From NCBI GenBank assembly GCA_010093815.1, contig ML996566.1: 64,000 nt of DNA. One strand, 5' to 3'. A program made the position numbers and the translations under genes. Source of the stretch: Pseudovirgaria hyperparasitica (lineage: Eukaryota). Below are positions 26,586 through 38,972 of this stretch, in pieces; positions within the stretch are counted from its first letter, which is position 1, and every line of letters starts with the position of its first letter. Under the pieces are notes generated by a model, which saw only the letters and a list, made by a program, of their open reading frames with translations, ran no database searches and was not told the origin of the DNA.

Positions 26586-27944
26586 TCAGGTTGTCTTTGA
26601 CAACTGGTTGGTGACTTCGGTGAAGTTGTGCCATTGCTGAAGGGCAGCCCCGCTGCTTACGGCCCATCGTGCTCGTCGAAGGCCCTCTTTCCAGCGGCGA
26701 CCTCCTGGCCCAGTTTCCGTGATTACATTACCATCATCTCCTTCACCCATGGAGCTAGAGTCTGAGTCGCACAGGCCCGAAGCGACAAACAGGGCTGCCG
26801 TGTTGATTAAGACAAAGTGAAGGATTGGATCATTTGGTGGTATCTCTCCTCTCAAGATTCGCATCAATATGAGGGCATTTTCTTCTGGCTCTTTTCCAGG
26901 GCTGACCTGGCTAAGAGGATGTCGAGGGAGCCCAAAGTCGGCCGGTTCTAGCATGAAGTGCTCGATATCTACAAGCGTCCTTGGTGGCGCGTCGTCATCA
27001 CTCGTGGTATAGTCGTCGTCCGCTGCATCCTGAGAGCCTTTAAAATCTGGATTTGGTCGCTCCACTAGTTGCCAGCAAAGGGTGCGCCCGGCGATACTAA
27101 TCTCATCTAGATCCTCCTCTCCGCATACAACCAATGCTTTCTTTGCACCTGCCATCTGGAGAGCTTCAGCGAAAACCCCTCCCATATCTTTACGAGCAAC
27201 CCCGATGACACGGGCTTCGATGAGATCTTCGAGGGGGTTAGCCAAGGGTCCTAGGAGATTGAAAATAGTGCGCCAGCCCAACTCCTTCCGAATAGGTGCT
27301 ACAAATCTAGCTCCAGGATGGAAAACCGGAGCGAATAGGAAACAGTAGCCCGAGCTCTCGTATACCGCATGAACAGATGATGGAGTTACGGCAGATATAA
27401 CTGGCGCATTCGGTTTCGTCGAGCTCAAAAGATCTGCAGAGCCTGACTTGGATGTCGACGCACGATTCCCATGTTTGGCGATCATCAAAAGGGAAGAGGC
27501 GAGAATAGACGATGTAGTGCTGATGTTGAAGGTATTATGCGAGTCTCCTCCAGTCCCTACAATATCGCACTGGAATTCTTAGCATAAAGAGTAGATGATT
27601 GGTAGAGAACGCACAAGTCCCCCTCTATAGTTCCCCTCCTTTCTACCTTTAGTCTTTACCAATTTCGCCAGTGACTTTGTGTCTACTGGAGAAGAAGCAT
27701 AACGCATTGCAGCAGCACACTTCCCAACTACATCTGCTCGTCTGTCCCAGCCTGTGAAATGAAGTGCCGTAAGGAGTGCTCCCGTTTGCACAGGCGACAG
27801 ACTGTCTGTGAATATGTGTGCAATAGCATATGCAATCTCGTTTGCGGTCACGCCTTCTCCATCCGGGGATGGCCATAGACGTCGGAGCAGCGGTGTTATA
27901 GAAACTTTCGCATTTTGCTCCTCTTGATCAGAATTGATGGCCAT
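26586..27944 (-). CDS. TRP4: Anthranilate phosphoribosyltransferase
   Basis: CDIVGTGGDSHNTFNISTTS (after intron 27570-27614), KHGNRASTSKSGSADLL, RTIFNLLGPLANP and LDEIS. Confidence 0.96.
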
Positions 27945-28072
27945 AGTCACAGCCGGCGTGCCTCCACGAGGGTCAATTCTGTGTAGTTGGAGCGGAAAGA
28001 TCCCATGCGCAGAAGAAGACGATCATGCGATGCTCTGCTCACCTTTTAATGCTCATGCTCGCTGTACGATTC

Positions 28073-28079
28073 GAGTCAT
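28073..28079 (-). promoter_or_regulatory. Possible Gcn4/CpcA site upstream of TRP4
   Basis: ATGACTC on the minus strand about 130 nt upstream of the TRP4 ATG, in the TRP4/MAK21 divergent promoter. Confidence 0.4.
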
Positions 28080-28259
28080 AAAGGGTGGGTCGGGACTGAT
28101 ACGCTAAAGAAAGTTTCGCCTGAAGATCATTGCCGAACACGTGCAAGCGGGACAATTATCTTGGCATCCGGACGATAATTTTCTCCTCCGCAAACACCTC
28201 CGAGAGCTCAGGCACGCCAGGGCGAAGCAATTTATTTTCAAGCACAGCAAGATCTTGTA

Positions 28260-31046
28260 ATGGGGCAGAAGAGGAAACGTACGGACACTAGCCAGGAACA
28301 GGCCGTGTCCAAGCCCTTTCAGAAAAAGAAGTCGGATCTTCACAATGGCTCAAAAGGAAAAGAGAAGAAGGTCGGCGATGGGCATAAGCCTAAGTTGGTA
28401 CGTTTTTGGCGCAAGATAAGATGAAAGTTATATGCTAAGCATAGCTGTGTAGACATTTGAACCACGACCAGACTGGCACGCTGCCGAGCTCCCAGAGCTA
28501 CCTCTCGTCGATAATGCCCCAACTCCAGACTTTCACATTCTGGACGACCTGCATCGATATGGCGAGACCTTACTCGAAGCCGAGAACGCCATGTTCGAGA
28601 GTTCGAATGCAAGCTCCTCGTCCCACAAGTTCATGTACCAGACCATATCCTCGGGTACATTGGAAGACAAAGTTTCCTCATTGACGTTGCTGGTTCAAGA
28701 GTCACCAATACACACGAGGAAGGCGTTTGAAAACCTTCTTGGTCTCGCAAGCAAGAGGAGTCGTAACCAGGCTTTGATGGCGATTGCCGCGCTCAAGGAT
28801 CTGCTGGGACAAGGCGTCTTGCTGCCGCCAGACAGAAAACTGCGTGCATTCAATCGGCAACCAGCTCTTGCTGGCGCGCTAAAGGGAGTGACGACGATAC
28901 AAAAGATATCAGGGGTACCGAAACTTCCACCGGGGGTGGAGAAAGTGCATCTTATCTCCTGGACCTACGAAGACTGGCTCAAAAAGCAATACTTTGAGCT
29001 ATTGAAGACTATCGAAGTCTGGTGCAATGACGAGGTACAATACGCTCGCATGCGATCTGTCACGTTCGTTTATGAACTGTTGAAGGAGAAGCCAGAGCAA
29101 GAGGAGAATCTGCTGCGTCTATTGATCAACAAGCTAGGTGACACGGACAAGAAGATTGCGTCGCGGGCTTCATATCTTCTCTTACAACTGCAAAACAGTC
29201 ATCCTCTTATGAAGGAAGTCATTGTTAGCGTTATAGAAGCAGAGTTTCTCTTCCGACCGGGACAATCGGCACACGCTCGGTACAATGCGGTCGTCACTCT
29301 CAACCAAACTATCCTCGGCTCCAAGGAGCAAGAGGTATCAGATAAGCTACTGGAAATATATTTTAAGCTCTTTCTTGGACTTATCAAGGATCCGCATGCA
29401 AGCGAGCGTGAACAAGGTGGAGGCTCAAAGCCGGGCAAAATGGCGAAAGAAAAAGCCAAAAGGAAGGAGAGTGCAGCGGAGGTGCAGAAAGAGGCCGACG
29501 AAAAGATGATTGCTCAAATACTGACTGGAATCAATCGAGCCTTTCCCTACGCAAAGACTGATGATGAGGCGTGAGTTATGAGATGTATCGGAGCAGATGT
29601 TGATCAAAACTAACTTTGCACAGCTTCGAGTCCAAGCTTGACATGATATACAGAGTCACACATGCGTCCAATTTTAACACCAGTCTTCAGGCTCTGATTT
29701 TACTGCAGCAAATCTCCGCCACGAAACACTTCACTGCTGATCGATTCTACCGTACCCTATATGAATCTCTTCTAGATCCACGTCTCACGACTACGTCCAA
29801 ACATATTCTCTACCTCAATCTTCTGTATCGGGCCTTGAAGTCAGACATGAATCCCAAACGGGTACAGGCATTCGTCAAAAGATTGATGCAGATAATCACT
29901 CTGCACGAGCCACCATTTGCTTGTGGTGTATTGTTTCTTATCAACGAACTGATTATCACGTTCCCAAGTATACGTGAGATGATGAATTCTCCAGAGGAAG
30001 ACGACGAGGAAGAAGTTTTCATGGATGCTCCTGAGACTGAAGAAGATGCCATGGCAATGAAAAAGAAAAAGGAAACGCAAGAAGTAAAGCGAACATATGA
30101 TGGGCGCAAGAGGGATCCACAATACGCGAACGCAAACCTTGTTTGCTTGTGGGAGTTGATACCGTTCAAAATGCACTTTCATCCGTCAGTATCTCTGTTC
30201 GCATCTCGACTACTTTACGGCGAGGTGATGCCACCAAAACCAGACCCATCGCTGCACACATTGATGCACTTCCTCGACCGATTCTCATACCGCAACCCGA
30301 AAGCCAATGCACTTGAAGGAAAGGGCACATCAATATTTCAGCCTCTTGCCGGTAGCGAAGGCACGGATAGACTCATCAAAAGACGGTCTGGTGCTTTTGT
30401 GGAGACACCGCTCAATACTGAGGCGTTCTGGTCGCGGAAGGCAGCCGACGTGGCCGCTGACGAAGTTTTCTTCCATAAGTACTTCAGTCAGTCTGGCAAG
30501 AAAGTGTCGAAAGACAAGAAGGCACGCAAGAGCAAGAAGGATGACGATGAGGATAGTGAGGAAGAGGCCGGCGAGGAAGAGATCTGGAAAGCCCTTGTTC
30601 AGTCCAAGCCCGAAATCGAGGGAGACGAGGACAGTGATGATGGTGGCTTCGACGACGAAGACATGTTGTCCGATGATGATGATGCTGATGACAGCACTGA
30701 AGAAGCTGGAGGAGTCGAGCTCAACCTTGATTCAGATTCAGATGCAGAAGATCTCGACGACGCCCCTGAGATGGATGTGGCGGGAAGTGACGAGGAGGAG
30801 GATGATTTTGACATGGCTGAGCTCGAAGACGACGAAGACGACATTGTTGGGAGCGATGACGAGCTACCATCAGACTTTGAAGAAGCAGCAGAAGGCGCAG
30901 ATGAAGAAGAAGTCGAGCAAGTGTCAGACAAGAAGAAGGCAAGAGACGAGAAGAAGGCCAAGAAGCGAAAGCTGAAGAGTCTCCCAACTTTTGCTTCGGC
31001 AGATGATTACGCGAAACTGATGCAAGACGATGAAGACGGATTCTGA
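28260..31046 (+). CDS. MAK21: 60S ribosome biogenesis protein Mak21/Noc1 (CBF/Mak21 family)
   Basis: Motifs SGTLEDKVSSLTLLVQESP, KPEQEENLLRLLINKLGD, RFYRTLYESLLD, YDGRKRDP and HFHPSV, with an acidic tail ending LPTFASADDYAKL. Introns 28398-28452 and 29571-29623. Confidence 0.95.
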
Positions 31047-34000
31047 TGGCGATTTCAATATGATATACGATAGACAAGGAGGTGCGAAAGAAGAATTGGA
31101 GTACACAGCCTCCTGCGATTGAATTTTTGCAGGCTACAGACACAGCGGCTACAATTGAATCATACATGAGCACCTAGCATATCAATATCCGCAAAAAAAA
31201 CACGCCGTCAAGTTCAGATAATGTACGTCTGCATGATGCTGACCCTTCTGACAGAATCTACAGCGGTCTTCAAGCAACATAACCTACGCCGCAATCCACA
31301 TGAAAATCAGCGGGGCGAGATGGGAAGTTCGAACGGACCGAGCCTGGAGGCATTAGCCATAGTCGGCCCTTGAAGTGGACCGTACGTACAATAAGTGAAC
31401 CATGGGACGCTCTACAAGACGGGAGCATGAGGGATAATTCGAAACGGAGCTCTCTTTCACGGCAAATGGCACAGAATGGAGATGAAGCGAGGAGATGGTC
31501 GTGGCGTCGATGAATTGTGGGGTGGTCTGGAAAAGAAACAAAGGGACTGATGGCGACAGCGGGGGGCGTCCTGGTGATCGTCAAGTCGGCTTGCTGCCGA
31601 CCAGCCCGAGCGTCTTGCATCAGGCAGCGGACGGGTTGCTGCAAGATGGACGGATCCCCCGCCTGTGCATCTCGCATGTTCCCGCTGTCTCCACTGACTG
31701 CTAGCTACAGCGCTGAGGAGTTCCAATGGACGAAGGCGTCTTGCCGCTGGGACTAGATATTGAAGACGGCTGCTTGAATACAACCATAGTTGACGCACGA
31801 AGCAAGGAAGACTGACGATGATAATGATGATTAGGGCCTGAATGAGGATGAGGACAGATATAGTAGGGGTTGTTTTGACGGTGTAACGCAACAAGCCAGG
31901 TGGGGGCAGGGGGGTAGAGGACAGGGCAAGAGCAGCCCGTTGACCCCCCCGCATTCCGGTCATTTGGCGCCTATCCTGCCTGATAACCCAACTAAAACCC
32001 CCTACCTTAAGCTCGAAGGTTGTCCTGTTGATCAGCCATCATCATTCATCATTCACCTCCCAGCCTCCTCTTTCTACTCATACACCACCACCTCTACCAC
32101 CTCTACCACCACCAACACCAACCACACCTCCTCTCTCTCCTCATCCACCCAGCCGTCAATAGTGCTAATACTCTCTTGTCGGACTTAGGAGAGCCGGTCT
32201 TTTTGATCAGCTGGCCGGTATGTTGACGGCCCCCCTCCCCTACGCTTGAATGGCAACCCTTATCACTATCGTTGCTATTATCGTACCGCTCGTCTCGAGT
32301 ATCCGCGAGGACCACACTGACAACGGACCAATAGGTCGAGCAGTATCTGCTTTCTGGAGTCGCACGTGGAGTGGCGCCGATGTCTCGACCCTAGACCCTG
32401 CGAATTCCACCATCGCACCCTAATAAATAAGCACAGACGATACTGGTGGATTTGTGTGCATCATGCCAAAGGCGATGCAGATGCAGATGAAGATGCAGGT
32501 TTAAGGCCGGCCGGGGTTGACACAGCTCGCCTTTTGGCTGCATGACACGCGGGACCTCCCCTGTCCGTCCAAAATCACGCTGAGCTGCTACACTATCCAT
32601 CTGGCCTCACTCAACACCCACAACACCATCGACACCTCTATTACACCACACTCTTGCCGCTTAAGGGTTAGCAATCGATCCATCACTCGACACCATTCAG
32701 CTCTGCCCTGTTTTTCTGTGCTGACTCTCGTCCGTATATCATGAGGTCTGTGCTTAGCTCTACCCACGCCTCTCTCTCTCTCTCTATCTCCATTCTACAC
32801 TGCCACTAACTACCCTGACGAGTCCGTTGACTGGCACCACTGATCGCTAACGCCCTAGTCCGACTCATGTCGCACATCGCACGTATCGTCTTCGATCTTG
32901 CTACACCCACACAGAGTGTACAGTGCCAGCCGCCGTCCAACTCTATTGTGCTCAGGCTTCCTTTTCCCTTCGAAACCGGATTGCACACCGCCATGGCTAC
33001 TCGCTGCTACATATCTATACGCGTCTCATTACTCATGATCCTGCTTGTTCATCATTTCTCCAGAGTCCACTCTCGCGAATCCTTCCGACCGCACCCGTCA
33101 CCTCAAATGACATCTAGACCTGGATTCTATGATGGGAACGAATCAATGCCACCTTGACCCTAATACATGGTTCTAACACGCCTATCATGCCGCATTCCCG
33201 CTGTCCGAGCTTAATCGCTGCCGCCCTGCCAATCCCAATTGCTCGTTGATTGCGCTCACTCGCCCAATCGTCTTCTATACGCTTTCTCTTTAGATAGAAA
33301 GTCGTTAGAATGCGGACTTATATATGAAAGCACCATTCCCTGACATCAATCTCAGCACAGTCGTCCATGCAATAGATCACAACTGCGATTTGAAGAATGT
33401 ATCTATAGTTATCAGCCTTCCGGTTGCCTTTGAGAAGCCATAGACCAACATATTGGACCACCTGATCATCGTATTGAAGTCCATCCGGCATTTCCCGACA
33501 TAGCTACGTATACATTTTACGCTGGGTTCCAGTGGTGGTCAGCATGGGAAGTACCATTACGAGCTAGACGCTGCCCTGGAACAATCAGGAAGTGAGCTAT
33601 CTCCCTTACGGAGCCGAAGTTCTGAAGCCCCTATACCGAAAACTCTGATGATCTCATTTACATTACGATATTGTCTTCATAAACCATACCATACCCTGCA
33701 ATAAGGAATGGAAGGGTGCCCCATGAGTACCTATATGTAATGCTTAATATCTCTAGTGTCGCTCAGACAGACTGTGCATATCCATTCAGAGATGGATATC
33801 TATCTGCTTACTTTCAGAGCTAACTCTTAGTTGTCACCTGGGCCCCGAGCCTATTCGCTCGCATTGCGACCCTATCCTGATGCGCATGTGCACAGTTTTT
33901 TGACATCGCTGCATTGCTGCTTTCCAAACATTTGAAACAGCTGCGCAGCTGGTAATCATCAGGCTTCGAGACGGAATGCTGCTCATTTGTGGAGCATCTC

Positions 34001-36185
34001 CCTGCCTCAACCAACCTTGTGATGTACCATTGGTGAGCAAGGTTCGCATCTGCCGGCATACCATCATAAATAGTCTTTGACATCATCATACCTCTTGCCG
34101 CACTCCTCATGATAGACAAAGTCATCACTACCTAGTTCGAGGGGGTCCTGTGAGTTATTGCATGGCTCGTAACCATCCCTTTGACTCCTAATCACTACAT
34201 ATTGCTATACCGCGTCGCGTCATCGATGCACCGTCTAGCTTACGATTAGCCACTATGTGGATGCACACTACACAGGCTCTAGATCGCGGACGTCACCCCG
34301 AAGACCCTCACCAGCCACACTTACGTTGATCCGAGGGTTTGGAATTTATTTTCCGGGAAGTATCTCTATCAACTTCGCGGGCAAGATGTGTTCTATTGCC
34401 AAGGATCCTCGCAGCAACGCTGCCTACTTCTACGCGTCATCACTCCAGCAGATACAATATCTCTAGCAGAACGATATGAGACTCCTCTACACCATACCGA
34501 CACCTCAGAAGAGCACCGGATCTACGATTCATGAAGCTGCGTCCAGACCCTTACCTTCAATGTCCAAGACCCTGTCTCAGACTCCTCATAGCTCGAGCCT
34601 ACAGATCAGATGACTTACCGCCCGCACGCCTGTGCATGCCACCCTCAAGCGAAGCGGTCTGTATGGCTACACCGCCACTATGCCTTGCAGCAGCCCGGAT
34701 CGGCGCGCCCTGCATTCTAGCCTGTCCTTGCTGTGCGACGGCATGGAATTGAGAGCGCACCGACTCGCGTGCATGCATGTGTAGAAATGCATATCCGACG
34801 TCCGTGATGAACGTCATGAACATCAAGTTTTTCAAGTTGTCAACCAAACCAGATCAGCACCTTTCAAAAAGACCACCCCGACCATCTCCCATTATGCGGT
34901 GAGTGGTGCATAGAGCGGTCCCGTCAAGCCACCTCACGTTTTTCCAGCGGGGTCTCTCCAAGTCACCCGGAGAGCCCGCTGGCGCGTACCACATCCATCT
35001 ATCTATCCATGGTCCCGCGTCCCAGACGTCGGTCCCAGACTCCGAAGTTCTTCTCCCCCCTCCCCTCCCCTCAAACGCCCATCAATTCATCAACACAAAG
35101 CCACCTTTGTTTCCCTCTTTGCCCGCGGACTGTTATTATACCTCCGGCATCGCAAGCTGCGAACCGCACCGGGGCGCCGCTGGCGTCCCTCGCGTGCCGT
35201 GCCTTGTGACGTGCCCTGCCCTCGGTGTACCGTTTGAAATAACCCCTCCCGCCTCCCCTCCTCTCCCTTGCAGCAGGCACTGGACTGGAACTGGGACCAG
35301 ACGGGCGATATACTTGTTTTTTCGCGGTTCCACGGTTCCTTTGGGGAGCGGACTGCGCGCGCGTGTGTGTTGTGTAGTGAGGGAGGGCTTCTTGGCACTA
35401 ATTGACTCTTGGTGTGGTGGATGTGTATGTAATCTGCACACACACACACACACACAATTGATGGACGCACGGACAATGGCGCGGCGTGGGATTACTTTGC
35501 GGGGAAGGAAAGAGAAGGAAGAAGGAACGACGAAGGAACGAGGGGAGGGAGCTGTGAGCGCCATGGTTGCGAATTGTGATGTTGATTGATGTCTGTGAGT
35601 TACGGGACGGTTGGCGCGAAGAAGGCACAGCTATTCATTCAATTATTTATTTATTCATTCATTCATTCATTCATTGTTGTACTGTAGTCTGGATGGATGG
35701 ATGGCTAATTGCTCTGATTGTCTTCATTCATGTCTTCTATCTCAATTTTGTAGATTCGATTTGACGACTGCAAAAGGGGTAGGCAAAGGAGAAGTAATAG
35801 AAGATTAATGAATAAGGAATAATTATATATGTTATACAATACAGCGCAACAGTATGCCATGGCACCAGAAGGACTGTGTTGGTTTAGATTCGTCCCGTCA
35901 GCCGGAGTCATTTGTGTCGTCTTTGCTGTTACATGCCCGGCCGGGACCATATCTGTCTGCGCTTTTCCAAAAAAAAAAAAAACACACCCTTTCTCCTACT
36001 CTTTTTGCCTTGCCTTGTTTGATATGTGTGTGCGCTCCCAACGTTCAGATCCGATGAGAGAGAAAGAGTCAGTCACTCTGAAGGCCAATAATCTTACACT
36101 CCTCATTCAATGAGTCCCCTTAGACCCAGCAAGAGTCCCCACAGTCACTCCTTCTACTTACTACAGCTTTAACAAAACCGAAAAT

Positions 36186-37994
36186 CTACCCATTCATCCA
36201 CGCAGCGACGCGATTCCCAGCAAAGCGCGCGCCAAACCGCAGCCCGGTACTGCCCATGGGGAAATAACTCACAGCATACCAGAGTAAAGCAACAAGTTGC
36301 ATCATGGCGGCGAAGAATGTGAGGACCGTACTATGGAGCTACAGACACCCAACAAAGGGTCAAGTCAGTCGAGTTGATTTCTTTTTGTATATTTCTGATC
36401 TTTGCCGGAGGGAAAGGGGGGGAGGGGGGAACTTGTGGAGAGAAGAAGGGGTGTTGTAGGAAAGCTGAGTCAGCGGCTGACTTTCGTCTTGCGCGCAAGA
36501 AAAAAGATGGTGTTGTGGAATTTGTGCATGTGGCCGCGTAGTCACGCGGACGCGCGAGCGAGCGCGCAACTGGCACCGCCTCTCACAAGGCCGGCCGTGG
36601 GGGTACAAGGGTCCAGTGCATAGCGCGTTTTCCACTCGCACTAGCATACAATAGACCGCTTTAACATGTTGAGGCCAGCTCTGTCACTGAGCAGACGAGG
36701 CCTAGATGTAATACTTTGGAAAAAGCCCACCAAAGTGCACAAAAGGCCACTGCAACAGCACATTTGTGGCCAGGCAGGTGGGCGCAGACGTGGGAGCGTA
36801 GAGTTTGAGGAGAATAATGCACTTACATGTATGGAGAACCACAGTGTCAGCGCGATGGATCCAAAGTATGTCGCAGTGAATGGCAAACGCGGCGCAGAGA
36901 ACAAATGTTGGACTGTGGCATGTTGGTTTAGCGAGGAGCGGAGGTAAAATCCATGGGGACGTACTGTATACCATAGGGCCCATCATGACCGCCCATGACG
37001 CTAGGAACAGAACAGATCCCATTGTCCACCTGATGCAATACTTTGTTAGCTCATTCCTAATCTTGAAAGTGAACAGTCACTGTTGCAACCTTAAGAAGGC
37101 CTATATCAAGCACATTCCATCCAATATGCAGCTTTAAATCCGCATACCAGGATGCTTGAGCATGATTGGGTGGCGAGTGAATGTCATGATGCTGATATTT
37201 GGAGGCCGCGCGCATTCAGCAACAGGATGGCGTTATTGCGTATACCGTTACAGGTCCGAGGAATATCTTCCAAGACAACTTTCGTATTGAAACAGGTTGG
37301 GGAGGAAACAGGATGTAGAAGGACAGAGGGCCCGGTGTGGAGTACAAGGTCTTCAAGCCTGAAACACAAGGAAACTTGACTCACAGAATTGGGAATTTAC
37401 GCGGCCTCAAAAGAAAGACAGGCGTAAACATCAGACCTATACAAGCCGCAAACAAGCCTATGGCTGCAAGATTGAGTCCCGCAAATATGAGGATTCGGTC
37501 CCATCGGCTGACTGCAGAGCCACGGTGGCGTACGTTAGCGCATGCTATTGTTTACTTCGAGTGATGGAGCCCTATACTGTGACTTGTGATAAGACTCATC
37601 GCATTCTGCAGTGTGAACCAGATGCATACGCAGGGTAACGGAGCACGTAAAGAAGTTCCTCACTCATCACACCCAAATGTTGATCGGCGCTGCATTGTAG
37701 CAAAGAATAAGGAGGGTATGGGGGAAATTTGCGTTGCACTGAAGGTGGCAACTTGAGAATGAGAAACTTACGCGCAAACCAAGCCTCTTCCTCCTCCCTC
37801 CTTGAAGGTGCAGGTAAAGGGGCACCTGGATTCTCTGATGTAGGCAACCTGACATAGCCGCCATCACCAAAAGGGTTCAGCGATTTCAGCCTGGACAGGA
37901 TGGGTGTGGACTGATTCGTATTGACCGGGATATCATCGTCTCTCCTCGTCCAGCCCATCGAGCTCATCTGATCCTGGAATGCACGCGCAGACAT
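36186..37994 (-). CDS. SFT2: Got1/Sft2-family vesicle transport membrane protein
   Basis: Spliced product ...WFALSRWDRILIF...RPRKFPILWTMGSVLFLASW...PRLPFTATYFGS...YAVSYFPMGSTGLRF. Introns 37512-37771, 37030-37384, 36913-36964 and 36339-36826; the frame holds at each junction. Confidence 0.92.
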
Positions 37995-38899
37995 CTTGGT
38001 AACTGAAAACGCAGGATGCACTCTGTAGTGAAGGTTATGAAATTCGTGAAGATAGTCGTTGAATGATAACGACTGAGTACTCCTTGATTTTATTCCTTCA
38101 GGATGGCAAAGCTGGTGCCTATTTGCTCCTTGACGAGCACCCCGTGTATTAACCCTTCTAGCTGCTTGCGGTAGAAGCTGGAGGAATCACCAAGGCTGCG
38201 TGAAAAGATTGGAGCTTATTTCTGACCGATGACGTACTCTGCTTAAGTCGTGACACGGCCGGTCGACGCGCAAGCAACCACTCCAATATGCGTAAGCTCT
38301 TTCGTGAATTTGAGCCTATATTGTCCAGCCTTTGACCGTGGCAGTCGAGAGGGTTGTATTGCGGAATATGAGACCCGGAATGCGGTCACCAGCTGAAGGC
38401 AGGAGCGCCTCGATATTGACCCAGTGTAGGCTTGGCAATAGATAGGCAGAAGCCAAAGGTGTTCTTCAGAAAGATCTACGAACGTTCGCGGTCCGGCTTA
38501 GCTGCTTGGATGCTCGAGGGGAGCTGCAGCGGGACGCAGCGGAGGATTGCCTGCAGGTGATCCCTGAGGATGGTCGTAGAGAGGGAGCCCAATGACAGGA
38601 TGTCTGACAGGGTTTCAGATTGGGAGGGTATGGGACGAGGCTTGTGATAGAGGGTTTGGAGACTGTCCGGCAGACCGGCGAAGCTGTCGAGACGGAGAGG
38701 GCAGTAACGGCGCGGACGGATGCGATGCAGGTGGGATCGCTATTGTGGTGGCGGACGAAGGTGATAGGACGGAGACGGGAGTGACAGGCTGTGGTGCGGG
38801 AGGGTGTGCAGTGCAGGCCTTAAGGTGTCAAGGTGTCAAGAGTAGGAAACAGTCAGAGACAACACTTTGTGCGAAGTGTGTGTGTGTATGTGCTTGCTT

Positions 38900-38901
<2 letters not shown>

Positions 38902-38968
<67 letters not shown>
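38902..38968. repeat. (GT)n microsatellite, about 33 units
   Basis: Uninterrupted GT dinucleotide run. Confidence 0.97.

Positions 38969-38972
<4 letters not shown>

Noticed and set aside
32814..32870. CTGACGAG resembling a hammerhead ribozyme core
   Set aside because: No GAAA follows stem II, and there are no closing stems I/III.
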